DNA of 61,812 nucleotides from a virus (Duplodnaviria > Caudoviricetes). Below the pieces are notes generated by a model that saw only the letters and a list, made by a program, of their open reading frames with translations, was not told the DNA's origin and ran no database searches. Below are positions 51,954-60,234 of the stretch, one piece after another (the first letter of the stretch is position 1; every line of letters starts with the position of its first letter). The stretch is taken from positions 1-61,812 of the IMG/VR virus record IMGVR_UViG_3300037264_006254; one strand, written 5' to 3'. A program made the translations under genes and the position numbers.

Positions 51954-52131
51954 CTTTCAGATCGCTGAGGAGGATCTGGCAAAACGAGCTCCCGTGGCGA
52001 CCGACTCTCATCTGGAGAGAGCTGTGGCCTTTCTCGGGCTATCGCGACGGGAGTTGAACGATCCCACGTTGCGATTGGCAGCTTGGAACTCAGCTCAGAC
52101 TCTGGCCTACATTGAGTCGACTCAAGCATGA
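51946..52131 (+). CDS. Hypothetical protein
   Basis: GGAG SD; overlaps. Confidence 0.5.
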   Translation: MSDFQIAEEDLAKRAPVATDSHLERAVAFLGLSRRELNDPTLRLAAWNSAQTLAYIESTQA

Positions 52132-52418
52132 AAATGAAACAGAAGTCACTCCCGCCCGCGCCGCCTCAACCGCCGGCAGGCGGCTTTGGTTGGGATGATG
52201 ATGGCTTCGCTGGTTGTGTGGGAGATGGAACACCTCGGATCAACTGCGGGATCGTGGTCTCGGGGATCGCTGGATGTGGATCACCGGTGTGCGACACACA
52301 CGCTTCCTGGCATGACTTCTGTGTGAACGACAGCCGCGGTGACGGGTGCTGTGCCGTGAAGGTTAGACTGGCGAAGTACCGTTCGCGGAAGGCCGCGTTC
52401 GGAGATGAAGGAACCTGA
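52128..52418 (+). CDS. Hypothetical Cys-rich protein
   Basis: ATGA overlap. Confidence 0.45.
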   Translation: MKMKQKSLPPAPPQPPAGGFGWDDDGFAGCVGDGTPRINCGIVVSGIAGCGSPVCDTHASWHDFCVNDSRGDGCCAVKVRLAKYRSRKAAFGDEGT

Positions 52419-52424
52419 GATGAA

Positions 52425-52607
52425 GTGGTGGGGCTTGCCGGCGAAGGAGAAGCTGTTGTGAACAGAGCGAAGTGGCATGGGCTTCTGTGGGTGTTGTTCG
52501 GGTTCTGGATGCTCATGACTAAGGACTGGACGGGGTTTTGGGCGTGCCTGGTGATTTCGGGAGTCTGGGCGGCAGCAAACTGGATCGTGGAAGAGTTGTC
52601 GGAATGA
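52425..52607 (+). CDS. Small membrane protein
   Basis: Two Trp-rich TM segments; start may be 52458. Confidence 0.55.
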   Translation: MVGLAGEGEAVVNRAKWHGLLWVLFGFWMLMTKDWTGFWACLVISGVWAAANWIVEELSE

Positions 52608-52765
52608 CCCTGATTGAGGCGCAGGCGAAACTTTCGGTTGTTCGACGTGAGGAGCTCTTGGCGGAGGAGAGGTTTGAGGCGGCTCAAACTGAGTTGGCTC
52701 GACAGAAGCGCTTGGTGTCGGAGGCGATTGCTGATGTTGCTTGGGCTAGGGCAAGAGGACTGTAA
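52604..52765 (+). CDS. Small coiled-coil protein
   Basis: ATGA overlap. Confidence 0.5.
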   Translation: MTLIEAQAKLSVVRREELLAEERFEAAQTELARQKRLVSEAIADVAWARARGL

Positions 52766-52826
52766 AAGAACTCACACCTAGGATCATGCACACTAGGATG
52801 CTGCATCAAAGAGGTATGGTCGAGAA

Positions 52827-53312
52827 GTGGATAATCTCGATGTGATGCACGATGCAACCCGGTACGCCCTAGCACTCGCGACCCAGGACAAGCACGCTGC
52901 GGTGGGAAGAGATTCCCGCATCTGGGGCGTTCAGTGCCAATCTCAGACCCACGCCGGAGCACGTTGCAAGAGGTTTGCGGCGACTGGGTGCTACGTCTGC
53001 AAGAAGCACGGAGCTCAGATCCCGGTAGTGCGAGAGGCCGGCCGTGCGAGATTGTCACGTTTGTCGCTTTTGGCCGTTTTGACCCTTGAGGACCTTTTGT
53101 CCCTTTCGTCCGAAAGCGACGCGTCAACGAGGCTCGCGACTGCGAAATACATCATGAAAATCTCAGGCTTTTCCTCAAATAAAGGCCGTCGAACGCACCG
53201 TTCAGAGGATAAAGCGCTGAATCCAGGGCCTGAAATAGGAGAATTGGTCCAAAATGGCGAGGAAGTGGATGAAGAGCTCGAATTGCTCCTCCAGAAGCTG
53301 AAAAAAGCCTGA
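52827..53312 (+). CDS. Zn-finger (C..C..C..HG) protein with helical domain; possible terminase small subunit-like
   Basis: CQSQTHAGARCKR..CYVCKKHGA; LEDL...RLATAK.I. Confidence 0.5.
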   Translation: MDNLDVMHDATRYALALATQDKHAAVGRDSRIWGVQCQSQTHAGARCKRFAATGCYVCKKHGAQIPVVREAGRARLSRLSLLAVLTLEDLLSLSSESDASTRLATAKYIMKISGFSSNKGRRTHRSEDKALNPGPEIGELVQNGEEVDEELELLLQKLKKA

Positions 53313-53387
53313 AAACAGTGAAAAAGGCAAAAAAGACCAAAAACGCGTTTTTGACGAAAAAGGCCGTTTTTCGGCCCGGAGGTGAAA

Positions 53388-54239
53388 ATGTCACAATATG
53401 ATGAAGAGGGCCCGAAGTGGTATGAGGACGATGATGCCCCTCCCGAAAGCTGGGACGACCCCCTGATTGGTGAAGGGGCCCCTTCGGGAGGGTCAGGGGT
53501 ACCTCGCGCCCTAGGGGCAGGGCCCCTGAATGACGACGCTGTGCCAGCGCCGAGGGCGGGGGAAGACGCACTCACACTCGCCCGTGAACGGGTTCGTTCC
53601 CTCGTGCCCGCTGCGGTAGACGTCTTGGAAGACCTTATGGAGACGGGCGCACAACGAGTGAGACTTGGTGCGGCAAAGGAAGTGCTCGATAGAGGTGGGT
53701 TGCCAGCAAGGCAAGAAACTCACGTCAACATTGATGTGACCATGGATGAGCAGATTGAGAGATTGCTTCGCTCCCTCTCAGAGCGGAATGCGGGGGTGGG
53801 TATAGAAGATGCCGAGGTAGTTGAAGTGGAAGATGCCGGGGTAGGTACAGAGTATGGGGTACGTGGGGATGGTAGGTGGGGGTCCCTGGAGGGTAGTGGT
53901 GGGGTAGATAGCAGGGGCCCTGCCGATATGAAGGAGGATTCAGGGGCCCTGATTGTGGAGGGGTCAGGGGTAGCAGGGGTAGGTAGTAGGGGTACCGAAG
54001 ACCAGGGGCCCCCTGAGGAAGGGGCCCTGAGGGAAGGGGTAGATGCAGGGGTACTGCCGGGGAGGGCCACAGCGGGAGTAGAAGAGCAAGGGGGTGGGGA
54101 GGGTGTACCCCTGAGTGTAGTAGGCAAGGGAGTAGGAGAGTATGTACGCACACCCTCAGAGGGAGAGAGTGAGAGGGAGAGGGGAGAGAGGCTACTAAGA
54201 GAGGGTGCGACATGGCAAGCACACCCTCATAAAGAGTGA
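53388..54239 (+). CDS. Hypothetical protein, terminase-small-subunit-like helical core with Gly/Glu-rich tail
   Basis: A.DVLEDLM....VRLGAAKEVLDRGG; GGAGG SD. Confidence 0.5.
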   Translation: MSQYDEEGPKWYEDDDAPPESWDDPLIGEGAPSGGSGVPRALGAGPLNDDAVPAPRAGEDALTLARERVRSLVPAAVDVLEDLMETGAQRVRLGAAKEVLDRGGLPARQETHVNIDVTMDEQIERLLRSLSERNAGVGIEDAEVVEVEDAGVGTEYGVRGDGRWGSLEGSGGVDSRGPADMKEDSGALIVEGSGVAGVGSRGTEDQGPPEEGALREGVDAGVLPGRATAGVEEQGGGEGVPLSVVGKGVGEYVRTPSEGESERERGERLLREGATWQAHPHKE

Positions 54240-54391
54240 CCCCCCTTAGAGTCATTCACTCAATTGTGTGTGAGTGTCTGATTTGTATTCAAAGAAACCT
54301 TTTGTCCAGTCTGTCCCGAAAAGTCAAATCGTCCGAGCGTTCGAGCCAGGGAAGCACTACCCTCCTCAAATTTTTGGGGACTTGATGACCC

Positions 54392-54402
54392 TGTGATATA
54401 GT
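54392..54402 (+). promoter_or_regulatory. Extended -10 promoter TGTGATATAGT, probably leaderless
   Basis: ATG at 54409 follows the -10 by 6 nt. Confidence 0.6.
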
Positions 54403-54408
54403 GTCGCC

Positions 54409-54702
54409 ATGACCCCCGACATCGCTCTCCCTCAACCTCCCGGCCCTGCTCGAGGTCGCTTGAGCCTCATCTACATCCCCGACGACCAGCTGACTCCCTC
54501 GGCACTTCTCGAGCGGAAGCACAACCGGGTCATGCTCGGCTGCGGGCTTTCGTCAGGCTGCACCTTCAAGCTCAGGGTCGACCAGCTCGAGCACATCATC
54601 GAGCTTGCGATTGATGAGGGCCGGGGTCAGTCGCTTTCGGACGAAAACATTTGCCGGCTGTTCCATGCAGTCGGCGTCATCGTCAGAGAGGAAGACGTGT
54701 GA
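54409..54702 (+). CDS. Hypothetical protein
   Basis: Leaderless promoter geometry. Confidence 0.55.
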   Translation: MTPDIALPQPPGPARGRLSLIYIPDDQLTPSALLERKHNRVMLGCGLSSGCTFKLRVDQLEHIIELAIDEGRGQSLSDENICRLFHAVGVIVREEDV

Positions 54703-54914
54703 ATTTCCAGGATCTTCTCGCGAAGACTCTCAGCACCGCGGAAGAGCAGCGCCGGCAGATGGAGCTGACTCTCGCGACCGTCTCGAGCCGGCCCAAGTCC
54801 ACATGACCTAATCCCCCATGGGGTAGGATTGTTTCTTCCCCCAAAAAATGAGAGGTCTCTCCTGTCATGTCCCATCTCATCGCCGAGGCTTCGCATGGGA
54901 GAACTGGAGGCACC

Positions 54915-55145
54915 ATGACTGACGAGCTAGCCGAATGGGAACGGTCAGTGGAATGCGCCGCAGCGTCCATCACCCTCCAATCCGCCGATCTTCGTAGCCT
55001 AGTGGAACGCTGTCGCCAACTGGAAGCCGCGTTGGAACGCATCGCCACAGGCACTTGGAATAGGTGTCCTGAGCGATTCACAACATTCAACGTCCGTCAG
55101 TTCGCACGCAAGGCCCTATCCGCCGACAAGGAGGCGGGCTCCTGA
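54915..55145 (+). CDS. Hypothetical protein
   Basis: GGAGG SD. Confidence 0.55.
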   Translation: MTDELAEWERSVECAAASITLQSADLRSLVERCRQLEAALERIATGTWNRCPERFTTFNVRQFARKALSADKEAGS

Positions 55146-55225
55146 GGTGGCACCGACCCACCCTCACCCTGTTGTTATGCGCGGTTATGGCGCTGTTCCT
55201 GACCGTTGAGCAATGGGTCGCCTGA
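55142..55225 (+). CDS. 27-aa hydrophobic peptide with probable CTG start
   Basis: AAGGAGG 7 nt upstream; CTGA and TGATG overlaps; LRWHRPTLTLLLCAVMALFLTVEQWVA. Confidence 0.4.
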   Translation: MRWHRPTLTLLLCAVMALFLTVEQWVA

Positions 55226-55593
55226 TGACTGACCCGACCCCCGACCCGATCGACCCGATCGAAGCGATCAAGGAACGAGTCGAGTTGTCGAAGATCGACC
55301 GTGACGTTGAGCTATCCGAAGACGACATCGACACCCTGGTAGCTGACCTGGAAGCCGAACGGGAAGCGCACGCAGCCACACGAGAGGAACTGCACCAGAC
55401 GATCGTTGAGTCCAACACCGCGGTAGCTCGTCTACAGACCGAGCACGCAGCCACACGACGCGAGAACGATCGGCTTGTCGCGGCGATCAAGAACATGGGA
55501 GTGATCGTCGCACTAAACGAGCCTGGCTTAGCTGTTCAGCTTGTGCTCAACGCGGCACGTCAGGCGGTTCTGTTGGGAGGGTCCGATGACTGA
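55225..55593 (+). CDS. Hypothetical coiled-coil protein
   Basis: Starts MTDPTPDPI. Confidence 0.6.
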   Translation: MTDPTPDPIDPIEAIKERVELSKIDRDVELSEDDIDTLVADLEAEREAHAATREELHQTIVESNTAVARLQTEHAATRRENDRLVAAIKNMGVIVALNEPGLAVQLVLNAARQAVLLGGSDD

Positions 55594-55741
55594 CCCGACC
55601 CCCGACCCGATCGAAGGCTCCGACCTGCTCGGCAAGATGCAAGCTCCCGCCCTTCTCACACCAGAGGAACCCTGGTATTCGCGGCTCTGTTTCGCGTGGA
55701 CGAGCCGCAAGGATCCTTCGCCAGAGGATGCGGGCTCCTGA
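55586..55741 (+). CDS. Small hypothetical protein
   Basis: GGAGG SD; starts MTDPTPDPI. Confidence 0.45.
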   Translation: MTDPTPDPIEGSDLLGKMQAPALLTPEEPWYSRLCFAWTSRKDPSPEDAGS

Positions 55742-56292
55742 GGTGGCACCGACCCATCCTCAGCGTGTTCGCCGCGGTGCTCGTGGTTGTTTGCGCGGGC
55801 GCGACGCTCCGGCTCACTGACACCGACGCGCGGGAACCGGTACCGAGACGTCGGCTGGCTGACCGAGCCAGCACTCTAGGACCACAACAGGCGGCAGGGA
55901 GCAGTCTCGAAGGAATCAACACGGCGATAGCACAGATCAACGCAGCAGCCGCGCAAGTGGCGCTCGAACAACAAGCCGCACTTGACGCACAGCAGATTGC
56001 AGAGTCGGTCTCGGCCTCCGAAGTCTCCGACTCTGCGGTCGATTGGGACGCTGTCGCCCAATGCGAACGTGGCGACGAGGATTGGAACTCGAATCACGGC
56101 CCGATTTACGAGGGCAAGCTGGGGTTCGCCCGTTCGTCGTGGGATGCGTACCGCGACGACACGATGCCGGACAACGCCGGCGATGCGACTCGAGAGCAAC
56201 AGATCATCGTCGCCGAACGGATACGCGAGGTGAACGGCGGTGGGCTTCGAGGCGCGTGGGGATGCTGGGAGTACGGTGGGTTGGGGTACTGA
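55696..56292 (+). CDS. Resuscitation-promoting factor (Rpf)-like transglycosylase with N-terminal signal/TM
   Basis: WDAVAQCE..W..N.G..Y.G.L.F..SSW..Y...A..ATREQQI.VAE....G...AW; true start may be CTG 55738. Confidence 0.85.
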   Translation: MDEPQGSFARGCGLLRWHRPILSVFAAVLVVVCAGATLRLTDTDAREPVPRRRLADRASTLGPQQAAGSSLEGINTAIAQINAAAAQVALEQQAALDAQQIAESVSASEVSDSAVDWDAVAQCERGDEDWNSNHGPIYEGKLGFARSSWDAYRDDTMPDNAGDATREQQIIVAERIREVNGGGLRGAWGCWEYGGLGY

Positions 56293-56310
56293 GTCCCCCC
56301 ACCGTTCGAG

Positions 56311-56323
56311 GACATGATATAAT
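56311..56323 (+). promoter_or_regulatory. Extended -10 promoter GACATGATATAAT
   Basis: Near-identical motif at 57501 and 58080. Confidence 0.65.
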
Positions 56324-56434
56324 GTTCTCAATCAATCAAAACCACACAGGGAGTGTGAACATGCAAAACCTTACAGACGCCCTTCAAGGGATCATCTGGG
56401 CGGCAGCGTCCACGATCGCAAGGAAGATCTGACC

Positions 56435-56623
56435 ATGGCGACCGTTCTGATGGCACGCTGCATCATCTGCCGCACCCTTCGGAACCACGAGGAACTCATC
56501 GAGGTTCGCGGGAAGGCTCTGACCCGCACCGTCATCTGCAACGACACGGAAGTCTGCGAGGCCGTCCGCATCGCGCAGGACATCGTCGATGACGCCTTCA
56601 TCGCAGAGAGGTTCCGGGCATGA
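56435..56623 (+). CDS. Small Cys-containing hypothetical protein
   Basis: CIIC...CND...C. Confidence 0.5.
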   Translation: MATVLMARCIICRTLRNHEELIEVRGKALTRTVICNDTEVCEAVRIAQDIVDDAFIAERFRA

Positions 56624-56784
56624 ACCCCGACCCCCGCACCGACGAGTCCGGCCGCCTCCCGGCCCGGACCGAACCTCGGTTCCCGACCGCCGATCCGAAG
56701 TACGTTCCGATGAAGGTCGTCATCAACAGGGACGGCACGCGGAGCTTCCGCTGCCCGCCCCGCCACCTTCGGAACGGGTGGTAA
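56620..56784 (+). CDS. Small hypothetical protein
   Basis: ATGA overlap; GAGG SD; 54 aa. Confidence 0.4.
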   Translation: MNPDPRTDESGRLPARTEPRFPTADPKYVPMKVVINRDGTRSFRCPPRHLRNGW

Positions 56785-56819
56785 GTCATGGCGCTCACCG
56801 ACGAGCTGGAGGTCAGTCG

Positions 56820-57515
56820 GTGAAGCGTTTGAGCTGCCCGACCTGCGGCTCGGGCGCGCTCGCTCCCGAACGGCCACGGCGAGACGACGTACGCCGCTAC
56901 TGCCTCACCTGCTCGGCGAGTAGCGGGCGGCTCGTCGAACGTGAATGCCCAGCGCTAGACCGTCAACGGGCGGTGACGAGTGAGCGGGCCGCGGCGAGAT
57001 CATCGGCGAAGGCGGAGCGGGATCGAGCGAAAGCCGCGGAGCGTCACACGCTCGACGACGGGACCGACCTCCTAGCGTTCGCCCGACGCATCTGGGCGCT
57101 CCCGGCGCTCAGGGCAGAACGACCGCGCGGACGTCGCTTTCCGGAGATCACCTGGCGTCGCGGGCACGGACGGTGGACGTCGGGTACGTGTTGGGTCGAG
57201 CAGGGCCGCGTCGTCGTCACCATCGGAGCCGAGCAATACCGTGCGCCCGAGGTCGTGATCCACGAGCTAGTCCACACCGCGCTGCCGTCGGACACCCATC
57301 ATTCCCGCCGCTTCTGGTCCGTGCTCCGGGCGGTCGCGACCGAGGCATGGCCGGAGGTCGCGTTCGACTGGCAGACGGCACCCGCGCGCGGGTGGGCGCT
57401 CGACGACTACATCCAGAAGCGTCTCGGACCGCCGTCGGCACGGTCCACGATCAACACGACCCACGCCGGGGCGGCACCCGATGTGTCTACGGCTACTGGA
57501 GACATGATACAATAG
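56820..57515 (+). CDS. Zn-ribbon plus SprT/zincin-like (HExxH) protein
   Basis: CPTC, CLTC; VIHELVH....HH...FW; GGAGG SD. Confidence 0.65.
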   Translation: MKRLSCPTCGSGALAPERPRRDDVRRYCLTCSASSGRLVERECPALDRQRAVTSERAAARSSAKAERDRAKAAERHTLDDGTDLLAFARRIWALPALRAERPRGRRFPEITWRRGHGRWTSGTCWVEQGRVVVTIGAEQYRAPEVVIHELVHTALPSDTHHSRRFWSVLRAVATEAWPEVAFDWQTAPARGWALDDYIQKRLGPPSARSTINTTHAGAAPDVSTATGDMIQ

Positions 57516-57561
57516 GGTCTACACCCAAACACACGACTCAGGGAGAGCACGTGGAAACGAA
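57499..57561 (+). repeat. Promoter-SD-start cassette, copy 1
   Basis: GAGACATGATACAATAGG...(AC)3GACTCAGGGAGAGCACGTGGAAACGAA. Confidence 0.8.
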
Positions 57562-57751
57562 TATGACCGGCAACTTCCTCCGCACCCTCGCCGACTTCGT
57601 CGACGCCCTCGACGGCGTTCGCGACAAGGTCGAGCACGAACGTCGAGGTGAAATCCAGATCGGTGATGTCGAGGTCTTCCAGGACGGCGAGCTTGTCGGC
57701 AAGCTGGTCGATCCCGCCGGTCTCGGCTGCTCCTACGAGCCGGCGTCATGA
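57551..57751 (+). CDS. Hypothetical protein
   Basis: GTG start inside cassette copy 1. Confidence 0.55.
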   Translation: METNMTGNFLRTLADFVDALDGVRDKVEHERRGEIQIGDVEVFQDGELVGKLVDPAGLGCSYEPAS

Positions 57752-58086
57752 GCGAACGTGCCCCCGTCGCCGGCGTCTGTGACGCGGTCATGGAAGCGCT
57801 GGACGCGAACGTCGAGCTGAACGGCCCGTTCTGGATCGACAAGCTCAACGCCTTGGTCCTGGCCGCCCATCCGAAGATGCGGAAGGCGAGCATCATCGTC
57901 GCGGCGCAGTACATCGCCCGTGTCGAGGGTCTCATCGAGGAGCCGACCAGCCACATCAGTAAGCGGGCGTGGACGCTGATCGGAACGCTCGAGGATTGGC
58001 AGGCCGTTCGCCTGACTCAGCGTGGCGCGTCCGACCGTTGGGTGTCGAGCTGGGGGAAGCGTGACTCGGCCGACTCCGAGACATGA
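57748..58086 (+). CDS. Hypothetical protein
   Basis: ATGA overlap. Confidence 0.55.
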   Translation: MSERAPVAGVCDAVMEALDANVELNGPFWIDKLNALVLAAHPKMRKASIIVAAQYIARVEGLIEEPTSHISKRAWTLIGTLEDWQAVRLTQRGASDRWVSSWGKRDSADSET

Positions 58087-58152
58087 TACAATAGGTCGAC
58101 CACCCCAACACACACACACACACACGACTCAGGGAGAGCACGTGGAAACGAA
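58078..58152 (+). repeat. Promoter-SD-start cassette, copy 2, with (AC)9 microsatellite
   Basis: GAGACATGATACAATAGG...(AC)9GACTCAGGGAGAGCACGTGGAAACGAA. Confidence 0.8.
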
Positions 58153-58274
58153 GCAGACCGGCTACACACCTTGACACCGAGTATGCGGAATGGGCTACGG
58201 ACGTGGACAACTGGGGGTCGTCTCATAGGCGTCACCCATCAAACTGACTACCCACAACCAGAGAGGAAGACAGA

Positions 58275-58619
58275 ATGACATACGACCACTTTCATAGCTT
58301 CGTTAGCCAGGAACTAGAACGATGGAAGACGACGAGAGGCGAGGTACTCACCCAGCAAGACGCGTGCTCCATCGCGTTCGTCCTTGACGCGGCGAACGGA
58401 TCAGCCCACGTGGAATGGGTTGACGATGACGGCCGCCACCTGCGAGGCACGGCGCGACACGTTGTTACTGACTCCGAATCGGCCAATTTCCTACGGGCCG
58501 ATGAGGATGTCCGCGGGTCGCTGCTACGGATAACAGAAGTGCGGGGATTCGACGTGTACATTCCCATGGCCGATGTAGTGGACAAGCTCCAGCGCGGATA
58601 CTTAGGCCTCACCCCATGA
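58275..58619 (+). CDS. Hypothetical protein
   Basis: GAGGA SD. Confidence 0.6.
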   Translation: MTYDHFHSFVSQELERWKTTRGEVLTQQDACSIAFVLDAANGSAHVEWVDDDGRHLRGTARHVVTDSESANFLRADEDVRGSLLRITEVRGFDVYIPMADVVDKLQRGYLGLTP

Positions 58620-58690
58620 ACCAGGCGACCCTGACGACATCGGGTCGATCGCCGCTCCCGCAAACCAACACAACCAGAGAAGGACTAACC

Positions 58691-58951
58691 ATGCGAAACG
58701 ACTACTACGGTTCCCACAAATACGACTCTCCGTTTACCGCCTTCCTAGACCAGAACGATACCTACTCGGCTGAGACAGGCGATGTTGACTCACCCACAGG
58801 TTGGGTCGGTCTTGTAGGTCGCAACATCGTCACACACGACACCCAGGGTTTCGTGACAAGGTACCGCTTCACGACAATCACCCACGCAGCTCAAGCGTTC
58901 GCAGACCTTGACACCGAGTATGCGGAAAACGGCTTGACATGGGAGGACTAG
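58691..58951 (+). CDS. Hypothetical protein
   Basis: AAGGA SD; ETGDVDSPTGW...D.QGFV. Confidence 0.6.
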   Translation: MRNDYYGSHKYDSPFTAFLDQNDTYSAETGDVDSPTGWVGLVGRNIVTHDTQGFVTRYRFTTITHAAQAFADLDTEYAENGLTWED

Positions 58952-59033
58952 CGCACATCCACGACATTCTGGGAGGTATAGCCTGGGTCGCACTCGCGAC
59001 TCTGGTTCATAAGCTGGACCCGAAAGGAACACG

Positions 59034-59723
59034 ATGAAACGCTTCCTCATCCTGGCTACTGTGGTAGCCATTCTGATCCTGACCACAACCGCACGTGCGG
59101 CAGCCACAAAGCCACCAGAACACCGAGTAACCATCTGTCATGCGACGCCACCAGATACCGCCACAAACGGTTGGATCACGATTACGGTCGATGTAGCCTC
59201 GGCGGGCTATCAACATGCGGAACATCAATCGGAACATGACGCGGACATCATCCCGCCATACACCTATGAGACCACTACCTTCGCGGGTCAGGGCAATCAG
59301 TCGATCCTTGCCAACGGATGCAAGCTCATACCAACCGCGCCGCCAGTGGTAACCACCACCACAAGTACGCTCCCTGAGCAGCCAGTGGTTACCACCACCA
59401 CAAGTACGCTCCCTGAGCACACTTGTGAACAACTGGGAACGTGCACAGTAGACATCGGCGACCCTGCCAAAGCCTACCAAAACACCGTCCCAAACGCTCC
59501 CGTTTCGCCTGTTTGTACGGAGGATATGCCATGCTGGAATTGCTCGACCATGGGCAATCGCATTTGTGGCAAGACAGTCTCACTAGCTGAGACGGGAAAC
59601 TCGCGGTGGGTGCTTGGTGCAGAGGTGCTTATAGGTATGTTCTGCCTATGCGTCGGACTCTTCCTGGCACTCGACCTGTGGCAGGACGAGGGTCCCGACG
59701 ATCGCGACGGGTGGCGCTTCTGA
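59034..59723 (+). CDS. Secreted/surface protein with signal peptide, Thr-rich repeats and LAETG plus TM
   Basis: MKRFLILATVVAILIL..ARA; VTICHAT; 2x PVVTTTTSTLPE; LAETG followed by hydrophobic helix. Confidence 0.7.
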   Translation: MKRFLILATVVAILILTTTARAAATKPPEHRVTICHATPPDTATNGWITITVDVASAGYQHAEHQSEHDADIIPPYTYETTTFAGQGNQSILANGCKLIPTAPPVVTTTTSTLPEQPVVTTTTSTLPEHTCEQLGTCTVDIGDPAKAYQNTVPNAPVSPVCTEDMPCWNCSTMGNRICGKTVSLAETGNSRWVLGAEVLIGMFCLCVGLFLALDLWQDEGPDDRDGWRF

Positions 59724-60172
59724 TGACCACGCGACTTGTGTATGTCAAACTCCAGTGGATCCTTGACTATTGCTCTACCTGTGACTGGAGCCATATCTGG
59801 TGCGATGAGCACGAATACTGCGATTCTGACTTACGCCGAGATCGCATTAGGGCCAGGAAGGCGCACCATCGCGACGTGGAGCTAGTGCTCGATCTCGCAC
59901 TCGGCTCGGGGGAGTGCGACGACATAGAAGAGAGTATGCGATCCCAGGGATGGGATGCAAGTAGGCCCATCTGTATTAGCTTCATCTATGAGATGTATGA
60001 GGGAATGCCGACTATCTGCGATGGTCACCACCGTCTGGCGCTCGCGTGGGATATGGGCCTAGACCTAGTGCCTGTGCTCTTCACGAACACCCGCACCGCG
60101 CGATCCTCGCAACGGGGGCACGCGGTAGGGCCAGACCGAGGCTACATCCCTCTAGAACAACTTTCAGCGTAG
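59723..60172 (+). CDS. ParB/sulfiredoxin-like domain protein
   Basis: ES.R.QGW...PI...ICDGHHRL..A...G...VPV. Confidence 0.7.
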   Translation: MTTRLVYVKLQWILDYCSTCDWSHIWCDEHEYCDSDLRRDRIRARKAHHRDVELVLDLALGSGECDDIEESMRSQGWDASRPICISFIYEMYEGMPTICDGHHRLALAWDMGLDLVPVLFTNTRTARSSQRGHAVGPDRGYIPLEQLSA

Positions 60173-60234
60173 CTGGAATGCAATGCTTGACATCCATGCA
60201 ATGATGTTTAGACCACCGACCGAGGGAGACACTA

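Noticed and set aside
60187-60214. TTGACA...TAGACC promoter upstream of the GP88-like gene
   Set aside because: Good -35 but weak -10 and 16-nt spacer; not enough support to list as a feature
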